A stretch of 64,000 nt of DNA from Eledone cirrhosa (GCA_964016885.1 CAXHJY010000514.1:1-64000); one strand, 5' to 3'; shown: positions 1 through 17,865, counted from the stretch's first letter. Notes: generated from the sequence alone by a model not told the origin. Translations and numbers: made by a program.

Positions 1-3150
<3,150 letters not shown>

Positions 3151-3151
<1 letters not shown>

Positions 3152-3873
3152 GCAATTAGTTAAAGATGTACATCCATATATGTATACTGAAATACTAGTA
3201 TGTATATATATATATATATGCAATTAAGTTAAAGATGTACATCCATATATGTATACTGAAATACTAGTATATATATGAATACACACACGTATACATATGT
3301 AGATGTACCAAGTCCCTTCACTGGTCACTCTACTGTGAGCGGCCAGTCACTCTGTACGTAAACACACAGACAAACCGGTTTTTTAGAGTCATACTGGTTT
3401 TTGAGGAAACACCTTTGCTCTATTCTCCAGAAAGCCAGACAAGGAATATTGAACTAGTTTCGTTGTTGTTACAACTCATCAGCAATATTTACCTATCTTC
3501 CGGCCTTTCTAGAGAATCGTAAAAGTACATATCGTTAAATGCTTTTTCTATGAAAATTAGTAGTGGGCAGACTAATTTGCATAGAGTGTGAGTAAGTACC
3601 GGTTCAACGGAGACGATAAAAACAAATAACGAAACGAAATTAAATTTCGTTTCGTTTGTAACTCACTTTTGTATGACTGACGCTTAAACAATAAGTTAAA
3701 GATGTACATCCATATATGTATACTGAAATACTAGTATGTATATGAATACACACACGTATACATATGTAGATGTACCAAGTCCCTTCACTGGTCACTCTAC
3801 TGTGAGCGGCCAGCCACTCTGTACGTAAACACACAGACAAACCGGTTTTTAGAGTCATACTGGTTTTTGAGGA

Positions 3874-3874
<1 letters not shown>
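3151..3874 (-). mobile_element. Non-autonomous PLE-like/retrozyme element A (about 467 bp unit, partial tandem)
   Basis: Direct repeats 3225-3408 and 3692-3874, plus a short third copy at 3151-3200. No ORF, flanked by (TA)n, contains a hammerhead motif. Confidence 0.75.
3445..3489 (-). ncRNA. Minimal type I hammerhead ribozyme
   Basis: Minus strand reads AATATTG-CTGATGA-GTTGT(AACA)ACAAC-GAA-ACTAGT-T-CAATATT: 7 bp stem I, intact core, 5 bp stem II, palindromic stem III, GUU site. Confidence 0.88.
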
Positions 3875-3908
<34 letters not shown>

Positions 3909-3941
3909 TATGTATATGTATATATATATGTATATATATAT

Positions 3942-3991
<50 letters not shown>

Positions 3992-4036
3992 GTATATATA
4001 TATATGTATATGTATATATATGTATATTGTAATAAT

Positions 4037-4067
<31 letters not shown>

Positions 4068-4123
4068 GTATATGTATATATATATATATGTATACTGTAT
4101 ATGTATATATATATATGTATATG

Positions 4124-4154
<31 letters not shown>

Positions 4155-4176
4155 GTATATATTATATATATATATG

Positions 4177-4207
<31 letters not shown>

Positions 4208-4430
4208 GTATATATTATATATATATATGTATATATATATATATGTATATATTTATATATATATATGTATATATATATGTATATATATATATATGTATAT
4301 ATATATGTATATATATATGTATATATATTGTATATATATATATATGTATATGTATATATATATGTATATATATATGTATATATATATATATATGTATATG
4401 TATATATATATATATGTATATGTATTATAT

Positions 4431-4482
<52 letters not shown>

Positions 4483-4603
4483 GTATATGTATAAATTATA
4501 TATATATATGTATATGTATATATATATATATGTATATATTATATATATATATGTATATATTATATATATATATGTATATATTATATATATATATGTTATA
4601 TAT

Positions 4604-4642
<39 letters not shown>

Positions 4643-4703
4643 TGTATATATATATATGTATATATATATATGTATATGTGTATATATATATATATGTATA
4701 TAC

Positions 4704-4748
<45 letters not shown>

Positions 4749-4830
4749 GTATATATATATGTATATGTGTATATATATATATATGTATATATGTATATAT
4801 ATATATATATGTATATATGTATATATATAT

Positions 4831-4865
<35 letters not shown>

Positions 4866-4944
4866 GTATATGTATATGTATATATATATATGTATATATA
4901 TATATATGTAAATATATGGTATATGTATATAATATATATATATG

Positions 4945-4975
<31 letters not shown>

Positions 4976-4986
4976 GTAATTATATA

Positions 4987-5851
4987 TAACTTTGAATAAC
5001 TTTGAATAACTTTGAAATGTTTTGGCCAGTATTGGTCCAGGCCATGTCTAACTTGATAGCACCACCTGGCGAAGTCTTTCAATTCAGGATTTTGGGCACC
5101 ATAGCCCATTCGAGAAGAGAATTACTGTTTGCGGAGACATATCCGGGTGGTGGGTGGTTTGTCGGGATTACTTGGAGGAATTTGTCCAAAGACTTCTTGA
5201 ATTTTGTGTGGTCAGGTTTCTGTTTTGACGTGTCCTGGTGTGATGTTGAAGAGAGCAGGCCGATTGAGGTGAAATAATTGTGCCGTATTGTTGTTATGAG
5301 TTGCGATTTAGATTTTTGAATGGGACGGATAGCACGGGGCCCAAGCCTTGGGTGTATCTTGAAGGCGATGCCAACATCATTTGGGCAGTGATGATGGAAC
5401 ATTTTCCAAATCATGCAGATAATATAACGCTCACGGCGACGTTGGAGTGAGTAAAGTTTCAGGTTTTCCAATCGACCCCAGTAGTCAAGGTCTGACATGC
5501 CATTTATCTTTTTCGTGATTGCCCTTTGAGGAGCTTCAAGTTTCATGATACTTTGTTTCGTGTGGGGAGACCACAGTGGACAACAGTATTCAATGTGTGG
5601 TCGGGCGAAAGTAGAGAGAGAGGATAATGGTGCGGGAATCTCTCGACTGGAAGGTTCTGAGGATCCAGGAACACATTCTGCGGGCCATGTCAACTTGCTG
5701 CTTATATGCGTGGTCCAGCTTATGTTGCTGTCCACGGTTACTCCCAAGTCTCTGATGTTGTTAGATGCCACGAGAGTTTCCCCGGAGGGAAGGGAGTACG
5801 GGAGTTTCAGAGCATCCTCTTTCCAAGTGGATCAGTTCGAATTTGTCTTCG
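4987..5851 (-). mobile_element. 5'-truncated CR1-group LINE (RT C-terminus, 3'UTR, tandem tail)
   Basis: ORF 5079-5771 has IRDLGVTVDS, RPHIEYCCPLWSP, LYSLQRRRER and FKKSLDKFL motifs and is frameshifted. The tail is (TTCAAAGTTA)x3 at 4987-5016. Confidence 0.85.
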
Positions 5852-5882
5852 TATATATGTATATATATAGATATATATGTAA

Positions 5883-5915
<33 letters not shown>

Positions 5916-6012
5916 TGTAAATATATATATATATGTAAATATATATATATATGTATATATATATATGTAAATATTTATATATATATGTATGTATATATAT
6001 ATATAATATATG

Positions 6013-6043
<31 letters not shown>

Positions 6044-6151
6044 TTATATATATATGTATATATATATATGTAAATATATATATATATATGTATGTATATA
6101 TATATATGTATATATATATATATGTATATATATATATTTATATATATATTG

Positions 6152-6187
<36 letters not shown>

Positions 6188-6279
6188 TGTATGTGTATAT
6201 ATATATATATAATATATGTATATATATATAATATTATGTATATATATATTTGTATATATATATGTATATTATATATATG

Positions 6280-6310
<31 letters not shown>

Positions 6311-6773
6311 GTATATATATGTATATGTATATATATATATATGTATATATTATATATGTATATATATATGTATATATATATATATGTATATATATATAAT
6401 GTATATATATATATGTATATATATTGTATATGTATATATATATGTATATATATATATATAGTTATATATATAGTATATTGTATATATATATATATGTATA
6501 TATTATATATATATGTATATATATATATATGTATATATGTATATATATATATATGTATATATGTATATATTATATATATATATGTATATATTATATATAT
6601 ATATGTATAATATTATATATATATATATTATATATATATATGTTATATATATATGTATATATATATGTATATATATGTATATATATAATGTATAATATAT
6701 ATGTATATGTATTATATTATGTATATATATATATATATATGTATATATATTATTATATATATAATGTATATAT

Positions 6774-6804
<31 letters not shown>

Positions 6805-6833
6805 GTATATATTATATATCTATATGTATATAT

Positions 6834-6898
<65 letters not shown>

Positions 6899-6920
6899 GT
6901 ATATATTATATATATATATG

Positions 6921-6953
<33 letters not shown>

Positions 6954-6989
6954 GTATATATTATATATATATATGTATATATATATATG

Positions 6990-7020
<31 letters not shown>

Positions 7021-7098
7021 GTATATATATATGTAATATATATATATATGTATATATATATATTATATGTATATGTATATATATGTATATGTATATAT

Positions 7099-7146
<48 letters not shown>

Positions 7147-7208
7147 GTATATGTATATATATATATGTATGTATATATATGTATATGTATATATTATATA
7201 TGTTTTTG

Positions 7209-7239
<31 letters not shown>

Positions 7240-7266
7240 GTATATGTATATATATATATGTATATG

Positions 7267-7297
<31 letters not shown>

Positions 7298-7472
7298 GTA
7301 TATATTATATATATATATGTATATATATATATATGTATATATATATATGTATATTATATATATATATGTATATATATATGTATATATATATATGTGTGTA
7401 TATATATATGTATATATATATATATGTATATATATATGTATATATATATATATGTATATGTATATATATATG

Positions 7473-7507
<35 letters not shown>

Positions 7508-7514
7508 GTATATG

Positions 7515-7545
<31 letters not shown>

Positions 7546-7659
7546 GTATATATTATATATATATATGTATATGTATATATATAATATGTATATATTATAT
7601 ATATATATGTATATATTATATATATATATGTATATATTATATAATATATATGTATATAT

Positions 7660-7708
<49 letters not shown>

Positions 7709-7755
7709 GTATATTATATATATGTATATGTGTATATATATATATATGTATATAT

Positions 7756-7836
<81 letters not shown>

Positions 7837-7921
7837 GTATATATGTATATATATATATATATGTATATATGTATATATATATATATGTATATGTTATATA
7901 TATATATATGTAATGTATATG

Positions 7922-7953
<32 letters not shown>

Positions 7954-8142
7954 TGTAAATATATGTATATGTATATATGTATATATATATATATATGTAT
8001 ATATATATGTATATATATGTAGGAGGTGAGTTTTATTGTAGTACAATAAAGCAATGCATATATCGGATAAGAAGCACTCTACAGTTTGTGGACTGGAGTA
8101 TGCATAATATAAGATCAAAAGATGGTTAAAGGAGTTCAATAT

Positions 8143-8211
8143 ATTTTATTATGCGCATTTCAAAAACAAACATCATCAAACAATAATATTTGTGTTTTCA
8201 TCAGATAAAAC
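8143..8211 (-). ncRNA. Type I hammerhead ribozyme in the PLE 3' pLTR
   Basis: GTTTTAT-CTGATGA-16 bp stem II (one mismatch, GU pairs)-GAA-ATGCGCAT-A-ATAAAAT. Palindromic stem III, AUA site. Confidence 0.88.
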
Positions 8212-8954
8212 AGGAGAACATGATATGAAGGCTAAAAAAACACTTGTTGATAGTGCAGTTTTAAATCAACATATGAAAAGTGGTTTTAGATTGATGTGTG
8301 ATATTGGGAAAAATATTTTATTTAGAGAGGGGGGAGAGAAAAGGATGAAAAGGGAAGGAGATGAGAGGGAGAGATGGGTGATAGAGAGAAGAGATAGTTT
8401 TTTATAACAGAGAGGAGATATATTTTATATAGAGGGGTTGAAAACCGTTGGAAGATACTGTATAAATTAAAAATTTTGAAAATTAACGAAGGGAGGATAT
8501 GTGCGAGGAAAAAATATATTATATTTAGGGAGGGGTGGGGGTGGAAAGGATGAAAAAAAGGGGAGGAGATGAGAGTGAAGGTGGAAAGGGAGAGATGGGT
8601 GATAGAGAGAAAGAGATAGTTTTTATAACTGAGAAAAGATATAATGTTTTAATATAGAGAGGTTGGGAACCGTTGGAAGATAATGTATAAATTAGAGGAA
8701 TTTGAAAATTAACGAAGGGAAATTATGTATGGAGATAGAGAGAAAAAAAATAACGAAGGGAGATTATGTATGGAGATAGAGAGAAAAAATAATAATTGTG
8801 GGTGAATATTCTAACGTCAAAAGGAGAAATGTAGGAATTTTAAAATTAGCAAAGAGAAAAAGTTTATGTGTAGGATTTGAGAAAAATAATGTGAAGTTAA
8901 AGTTTTTATATTGAATTCATATGTATTAATAATGAGTTCGTTGATGGGGAGAAA

Positions 8955-9400
8955 AAAATAATAATAAATTAAGGATGAAATTGAGATTAAAAAGATTTAT
9001 GATAGAGAGAAAAAATAATAATGATTGCGGATGAATACTCAAAATGTCAAAAACAAATGTTATTGTTTTACGAGGAGATATAATGAGGGTGATGAGTAAA
9101 CGGGTATTATAGAGTGTATAATGCCCTTTAAAGTAAGGTAGATGGTTATATTTTAAAGAATATATGAGTATATATTAAAAAAATATATAATAATAAATTA
9201 AGGATGAAATTGAGATTAAAAAGATTTATGATAGAGGGAAAAAAATAATAATGATTGCGTATGAATATTCAAAATGTCAAAAACAAATGTTATTGTTTTA
9301 CGAGAAGATAGGATGAGGGAAAAGAGTAAACGAGTATTATAGAGTGTATAATGCCCTTTAAAGTAAGGTAGATGGGTATATTTTAAAGAGGTGTATGTAT
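8955..9400. repeat. About 229 bp tandem duplication in the PLE 3'UTR (further GA-rich duplications at 8300-8790)
   Basis: ataataataaattaaggatgaaattgagatt occurs at about 8958 and about 9187 with collinear similarity. Confidence 0.85.
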
Positions 9401-9444
9401 ATGTGCCTTTGAGAAAAGATTCTAAATTGATAAAGAATTGAATA

Positions 9445-11847
9445 TTAACTGTATACTTTGTGAAAAGTTCTATGGAATTTATGCAGGCAGATGGAAAACA
9501 AATCCGAGCGTCTATTTATTATGGATTCTAGGTTAGAGATAATGGTAAATTTTTCATTTAGGCAGAGATTACAGATTTTAGATAGAGAACTGTTCAAGTA
9601 CGAGGATGCAGAAGAAATCTTTTTCCAAAAGATGTTATATTTAATGTTTTTGTCTTTTAAGGACCATATGAGTTCTGAGAGAGCAGTGTTAGTTCTTTTA
9701 AGTTTGTATTTGAAAGATGAATGATGATTATAGAGACGAGCTTTAAAAGAGGTGGAAGTGGAGCCAAAATAGGTGAAGGAATTGGTGCTAGTTATAATTT
9801 TACATTCATAAATTAAGTTTTTATCGAGGCAATGGTTGTTGAGAGGACATTTATTTTTAATGCGGCAGTTGCAATTAGAGAGATTATTAATGAGTGATCT
9901 AGTGTTTATCTATAGAAGGAATTGGATTGGAGAAGTTGTTTGCGATAGGAATAATAGGAATAATAGTTTCTTGATTTAGAGTTGGATTATGAACATTTAG
10001 CGAAGTTGTGTTTGCGTTGCATTTGGGTTTACAGAAGTTAGCCTAGGGTTTACAATGACGTCAGGAGTACTATTATTGTTATTATGAGATTCAATATTGG
10101 AAGGAAGAGATTTAGTATTTAATATTTTGTTGTTGTGTTTAGAAATGATGTTGGAAATATTGGAGGATGTAGAATACGAAAATTTGATGGTGTGTTTGTT
10201 AAATATTTTACTATAGATATGTGAGGGAGGGAAGCATTTATTTAAGGCACTAAAAAATAATTTAGGAATATTGTTATTAATAGAGATGGAGAAAGGAGCA
10301 TTATACCAGATTATGTTTTTGTATCTAGGTCTTTTATTAAAATTATTGGAATGGTTATGATTAAATATTCTACTGTAAGTTTTCCTAGAATTTGTTTCTT
10401 TATTATATTTGATTTTATCTGGATAGCCGGCTTTAGAAAGTGCGTTATTATAGTAATTGGCGTTAGCATCAAAGATGTTTTTATTAGAAGATATGTTAGA
10501 TATTCTATTTCCAATATTATTAACTATAGCATTCTTGATATTGGTAGGATGGTTAGATTTAAAGTTAACATAATTAAGATTCTCATTGTTTTTATGGTAA
10601 GGGTAATATAGGCCAGTGTCAAGATTAAGAGATACATCCAAGAAATTAGCTAGTTTGGTACTATTATCAAATTCAATTTTTAGGTTATGTTGGTTAAAGA
10701 GATTACGTATATTGTTCTTAATAATATTAAGTTTAACTATATTGCAATTTAGGATAGTAAAGAGTCCATCGTCACGATAAATTCCACCGCGAAGTTGAGG
10801 AATTTTCCGACTCAAAGAGTTCAAAATGAAGATACCAATTAAATCAGTCAATTGGGATGAATCGGATGCTCCCATTGTGATGTCGAAGTTGTTAGAGGTA
10901 TCGGCTCTGGTCCAATATTCGTTGTTGAACTCTAGGATGGTTTTACGTGCGGTGAGGATGATGTGAAGTTCATCTGTGGTGATGTCAGAATATTTAAGTG
11001 CGAAAGATAGAGCATTATTGAGAAGTGAAGGCGAAATGGAGGAATAGTAGCTGGCAATATCGAATTGAATAAATTTTAGTTTGTTTTTATTATCCAATTT
11101 GTTGAACCAGCCAATCACTTCAGAAGTACCAAACCATAAATTTAGGTTTAAAGAAGAGCAATTAGAACTAACCTGTGGGATAATCCTATCCAAGATGGCT
11201 TTACTAACAACCCCCAGATCAGATTTAGAGGGGGCGATTAATCTAACAGGTAGTTCAGTGCGAAAATTGTTTTTGTGATCCTTGAGATTTATCCTCGGAG
11301 TTCTTGGGAGGAATGGTTCGGTCTTTTTTTCAATGCCAAGTTTTGACATAATCTCATAGGCTTCAAGGTTTATGCATTCTAAATTTTCATGGTTGGTTTT
11401 ACGATACTTTTTCCTAAGTTCCTTTAGGATAAGGTTGTTATAATTATCCTTGGAAATACCATATAGGTTATTGGTTTTGTCAGAGTGGACTAAAACATTT
11501 TTTGAGGAATTTAGGTTAGAGATTGTGTTCTTGAGATTTACAAGGTGCTCTTGTCCTTTGTAAGGGTATCTCTTGAATTTAAGATTTTTTATAATTTTAG
11601 TTAATTCTTCCTCGAATTGTGCTAGATTTTTGTTGGAAGGAGGAATTCGTCTGGAATTAAAAAGATGATCGAGGAAGTTGTGTTCTTTGGTATGAAAGTT
11701 CCCTTTTAGGCGCTGGTCATAGAAATAGGCTGTCCATCTAAGTCTTCTTACGAAGGAGTCAGTTTTTTCAATAAGAAGTTTGGTGAATTCAGATTTACCA
11801 GGTATAGGAATGTCTTTAGTAGAATTGGTCATGTTGTAATAATCCAT
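9445..11847 (-). pseudogene. PLE polyprotein: reverse transcriptase + Cys-rich linker + GIY-YIG endonuclease (linker disrupted)
   Basis: N-terminal STKDIPIP..RRLRW, RT motifs FIQFDIASYYSSI, FDITMGASDS and GGIYRDDGL. Same-frame endonuclease at about 9900-9445 reads CNCRIKNKCPL..C, LIYEC..TYFGST..FKARLYNH, CNLCLNEK, INRRSD..CLH. Three in-frame stops in 9910-9999 are consistent with two compensating frameshifts. Confidence 0.92.
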
Positions 11848-12052
11848 GTTGTAGAAGAAGAGGTGAAGGACCATCAAAAGGTATCCAATATGAGAGTAAG
11901 CGCTCAACCGTTAAGGAGCAAGTAAATGTAGGAGGTGAGTTTTATTGTAGTACAATAAAGCAATGCAGATATCGGATAAGAAGCACTCTACAGTTTGTGG
12001 GACTGGAGTATGCATAATATAAGATCAAAAGATGGTTAAAGGAGTTCAATAT

Positions 12053-12120
12053 ATTTTATTATGCGCATTTCAAAAAAAACATCATCAAACAATAATATTT
12101 GTGTTTTCATCAGATAAAAC
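12053..12120 (-). ncRNA. Type I hammerhead ribozyme in the PLE 5' pLTR
   Basis: Copy of 8143-8211 with a 1 nt deletion in stem II. Core intact. Confidence 0.85.
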
Positions 12121-12756
12121 AGGAGAACATGATATGAAGGCTAAAAAAACACTTGTTGATAGTGCAGTTTTAAATCAACATATGAAAAGTGGTTTTAGAT
12201 TGATGTGTGATATTGGGAAAAATATTTTATTTAGAGAGGGCGGGAGAGAAAAGGATGAAAAGCGAAGGAGATGAGAGGGAGAGATGGGTGATAGAGAGAA
12301 AGAGATAGTTTTTATAACAGAGAGGAGATATATTTTATATAGAGGGGTTGAAAACCGTTGGAAGATACTGTATAAATTAAAAATTTTGAAAATTTCATCT
12401 CCTCCCCTTTTTTTCATCCTTTACACCCCCACCCCTCCCTAAATATAATATATTTTTTCCTCGCACATATCCTCCCTTCGTTAATTTTCAAAATTTTTAA
12501 TTTATACAGTATCTTCCAACGGTTTTCAACCCCTCTATATAAAATATATCTCCTCTCTGTTATAAAAACTATCTCTTTCTCTCTATCACCCATCTCTCCC
12601 TCTCATCTCCTTCCCTTTTCATCCTTTTCTCTCCCCCCCTCTCTAAATAAAATATTTTTCCCAATATCACACATCAATCTAAAACCACTTTTCATATGTT
12701 GATTTAAAACTGCACTATCAACAAGTGTTTTTTTAGCCTTCATATCATGTTCTCCT

Positions 12757-12825
12757 GTTTTATCTGATGAAAACACAAATATTATTGTTTGATGATGTTT
12801 GTTTTTGAAATGCGCATAATAAAAT
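12757..12825 (+). ncRNA. Type I hammerhead ribozyme in the inverted pLTR
   Basis: gttttatCTGATGAaaacacaaatattattgtttgatgatgtttgtttttGAAAtgcgcaTAataaaat read directly on the + strand. Confidence 0.88.
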
Positions 12826-12924
12826 ATATTGAACTCCTTTAACCATCTTTTGATCTTATATTATATGTATATATATATATATATGTAATTATATATATAT
12901 GTATATATATAGATATATATTTAA

Positions 12925-12957
<33 letters not shown>

Positions 12958-13033
12958 TGTAAATATATATATATATGTAAATATATATATATATGTATAT
13001 ATATATATGTAAATATATATATATATATGTATG

Positions 13034-13064
<31 letters not shown>

Positions 13065-13085
13065 GTATATATATATATTTATATA

Positions 13086-13156
<71 letters not shown>

Positions 13157-13210
13157 GTATATATATATGTATATATATATATGTATATATATGTATATAT
13201 ATATATATGT

Positions 13211-13242
<32 letters not shown>

Positions 13243-13342
13243 GTATATATTATATATATATATGTATATATATATATATGCATATATGTATATATATATA
13301 TATGTATATATGTATATATATATATATGTATATATATATGTG

Positions 13343-13403
<61 letters not shown>

Positions 13404-13448
13404 GTATATATTATATATATATATGTATATATATATGTATATATATAT

Positions 13449-13480
<32 letters not shown>

Positions 13481-13509
13481 GTATATATTATATATATATA
13501 TGTATATAT

Positions 13510-13596
<87 letters not shown>

Positions 13597-13634
13597 GTAT
13601 ATATATATGTATATGTATATATATATGTATATAT

Positions 13635-13666
<32 letters not shown>

Positions 13667-13827
13667 TGTATATATTATATATATATATGTATATATATAT
13701 ATGTATATATTATATATATATATGTATGTATATATGTATATATTATATATATATATGTATATATTATATATATATATGTATATATTATATATATATATGT
13801 ATATATTATATATATATATGTATATAT

Positions 13828-13898
<71 letters not shown>

Positions 13899-13920
13899 GT
13901 ATATATTATATATATATATG

Positions 13921-13951
<31 letters not shown>

Positions 13952-13987
13952 GTATATATTATATATATATATGTATATATATATATG

Positions 13988-14018
<31 letters not shown>

Positions 14019-14054
14019 GTATATATATATGTATGTATATATATATGTATATAT

Positions 14055-14106
<52 letters not shown>

Positions 14107-14127
14107 GTATATGTATATATATATATG

Positions 14128-14174
<47 letters not shown>

Positions 14175-14191
14175 GTATATGTATATATATG

Positions 14192-14270
<79 letters not shown>

Positions 14271-14278
14271 GTATATAT

Positions 14279-14325
<47 letters not shown>

Positions 14326-14461
14326 GTATATATTATATATATATATATGTATATATATATGTATATATATATATATGTATATATATATGTATATATATAT
14401 ATATATGTATATATATATGTATATATATATATATGTATATGTATATATATATAATATATAC

Positions 14462-14526
<65 letters not shown>

Positions 14527-14549
14527 CATATATATACATATATATACAT

Positions 14550-15158
14550 GTCAGGTCACCAGTTGGTGCTACTGGTAACATGTATTCCAGTACAACCTGT
14601 CTCATGGTCGGGTCGTTGGCGACTAAACTGGCAACCCCACCAAGGTTGCTTGGTGAGGAGGGTGACTTTGGACATCCTGCAGGACTAAAAACAAAACCTG
14701 TCAAAGGGCAAAGGAGCTCTTAAGAATCAATGGCCATCCAAAATCACCGGGAGAGATGACCCCTTAGCCTTTGTCAAGGCAGAATTCTAGGAGAAGGAAA
14801 ACTCTGATATAACACCTGCGACTCTGATGGTATCCAATGATGTTGACTTGTTCTTCTTTTTGGTAAATATCATCTTGGTTAAGAGAGTGGGACTGGCTTT
14901 GAGCAGTGCCTTTGCTCACTATAAAAGCTTCACGGCACAGGCATTGCTTTATATCTGGAGATCTCTCTGCACTTGTCGTCAGATGGTACCATGGGCCCTG
15001 CACTATGTGTCAGTAATTGTCACAAGTGTAGTGTTTGTTCCAGAGTTTTCAAGTCGCTGGCTGGACTAAAAAGTCACACTCGTTCAGCGCATCGGTAGGG
15101 GTTCTCCTACATGGATATAAAGTAGTGGCCGTACTCGAAAACGAGTTGGCAGCCACCA
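14550..15158 (+). mobile_element. Bipartite non-autonomous RTE-derived element (5'UTR joined to 3' end)
   Basis: RTE-like 5'UTR motif ctaggagaaggaaaactctga, similar to 62030-62250. Bases 15021-15098 encode the C2H2 finger [25 protein letters not shown], typical of RTE ORF C-termini. Terminal hairpin gtggc..ctcgaaaacgag..gccac. Confidence 0.65.
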
Positions 15159-15174
15159 TATGTATATATATATG

Positions 15175-15209
<35 letters not shown>

Positions 15210-15245
15210 GTATATGTATATATATATATATGTATATGTATATAT

Positions 15246-15299
<54 letters not shown>

Positions 15300-15390
15300 G
15301 TATATGTATATATATATACATGTATATATTATATATATATGTATATATTATATATATATATGTATATATTATATATATATATGTATATAT

Positions 15391-15439
<49 letters not shown>

Positions 15440-15485
15440 GTATATATATATATGTATATGTGTATATATATATATATGTATATAT

Positions 15486-15530
<45 letters not shown>

Positions 15531-15553
15531 GTATATATATATATGTATATGTG

Positions 15554-15586
<33 letters not shown>

Positions 15587-15617
15587 GTATATATTATATA
15601 TATGTATATGTATATAT

Positions 15618-15666
<49 letters not shown>

Positions 15667-15692
15667 GTATATGTATATATTATATATATATG

Positions 15693-15725
<33 letters not shown>

Positions 15726-15736
15726 GTATATATATG

Positions 15737-15769
<33 letters not shown>

Positions 15770-15805
15770 GTATATATATGTATGTATATATATATATGTA
15801 TATAT

Positions 15806-15839
<34 letters not shown>

Positions 15840-15874
15840 TGTATATATATGTATATGTATATATATGTATATAT

Positions 15875-15905
<31 letters not shown>

Positions 15906-15939
15906 GTATATATATGTATATGTATATATATGTATATAT

Positions 15940-15971
<32 letters not shown>

Positions 15972-16006
15972 TGTATATATATGTATATGTATATATATGT
16001 ATATAT

Positions 16007-16037
<31 letters not shown>

Positions 16038-16214
16038 GTAGATGTATATATATATATATATGTATATAGTATATATATATATATATGTAGATGTATATAT
16101 ATATATATGTATATATTATATATATATATATGTATATATATATATGTATATGTATATATATATATGTATATATATATATATGTATGTATATATATGTATA
16201 TGTATATATATATG

Positions 16215-16353
<139 letters not shown>

Positions 16354-16390
16354 GTATATATATATATGTATATATATATATATGTATATG

Positions 16391-16435
<45 letters not shown>

Positions 16436-16967
16436 GTGTATATATTATATATATGTATATATATGTGTGTATATATTATATATATGTATATATATGTGTG
16501 TATATATATATGTGTATATATATGTGTGTATATATATGTGTATATATATATATAAGTGTGTAAATATATATGTGTATATATATATGTGTGTAAATATATA
16601 TGTGTATATATATATGTATATATGTATATATATATATTTGTATATATATATGTATATATATATATATATGAATATGTATATATTTATATATAGTTATATG
16701 TATATGTATATATATTTATATATATATGTATATATATTTATATATATATGTATATATATATGTATATATATGTATATATATATGTATATGTATGTATATA
16801 TATATGTATATATATTTATATATATATGTGTATATATTTATATATATATATATGTATATATATTTATATATATATATGTATATATATATGTATATATATG
16901 TATATATATATGTATATATATGTATATGTATATGTATATATATTTATACATATATGTATATATATAT

Positions 16968-17865
16968 ATGTAAGTATGTATGTATACGTACTTACATATA
17001 TGTATACAGACGTACAGTAGCATGCATATATATATATATATATATATACATATATACATACAGGTACACATACATATATGTACGTATCAGTTTAGCGGAC
17101 GCTTATTATAGCGCCCACTTTGTTCGTTTGTAAACCAACTGAACAGCCTGAATTTATGCCGCACGGTGTTAAGGCAACCACGTCACCTTTTTGTTCAACA
17201 CTGACACAGGAAAGATGTACTAGTTTCAAGCTTGTTTGCTATCATCGGCACCGTATACCCATCTGCCAGATAGTTGAACGTTCGAAAGTATATACTTTCC
17301 TTATGAAAATTAACGGCTAAGCAGCCTAATTTGCATATCGAGTGAGTTAAATTGGTAAGCCGCACCGAAAACGATGAGTTGTAATAAAATGAAAACGAAA
17401 TTTCATTTCTCACTCTTAGTACGGCACTTACTTACTGTACGTCTGTATACATATATGTATGTACGTATACATACATACTTACATTTAAGTAAGTGCCGTA
17501 CTAAGAGTGAGAAATGAAATTTAGTTTTCATTTTATTACAACTCATCGTTTTCGGTGCGCCTGACCGATTTAACTCACTCGATATGCAAATTAGGCTGCT
17601 CAGCCGTTAATTTTCATAAGGAAAGTATATACTTTCGAACGTTCAACTATCTGGCAGATGGGTATACGGTGCTGATGATAGCTAACAAGTTTGAAACCAG
17701 TACATCGTTCCTGTGTCAGTGTTGAACAAAAAGGTGACGTGGTTGCCTTAACACCGTGCGGCATAAATTCAGGCTGTTCAGTTTGTTTACAAACGAACAA
17801 AGCGGGCGCTATAATAAGCGTCCGCTAAACTGATACGTACATATATATATGTGTACCTGTATGTA

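Larger units (their letters stand above)
8017..12863 (-). mobile_element. Penelope-like retroelement, Naiad-type, with direct pLTRs and an inverted 5' pLTR
   Basis: Direct repeats at about 8017-8484 and 11926-12393, inverted copy at about 12395-12863 (reverse complement of about 8105-8571). RT + GIY-YIG coding region lies between them. Inserted in (TA)n. Confidence 0.93.

Noticed and set aside
9445-11907. Selenoprotein-type Naiad (in-frame UGA + SECIS)
   Set aside because: The interrupting stops are TAA/TAG in a frameshifted linker. There is no in-frame TGA, and the Cys codons are standard.
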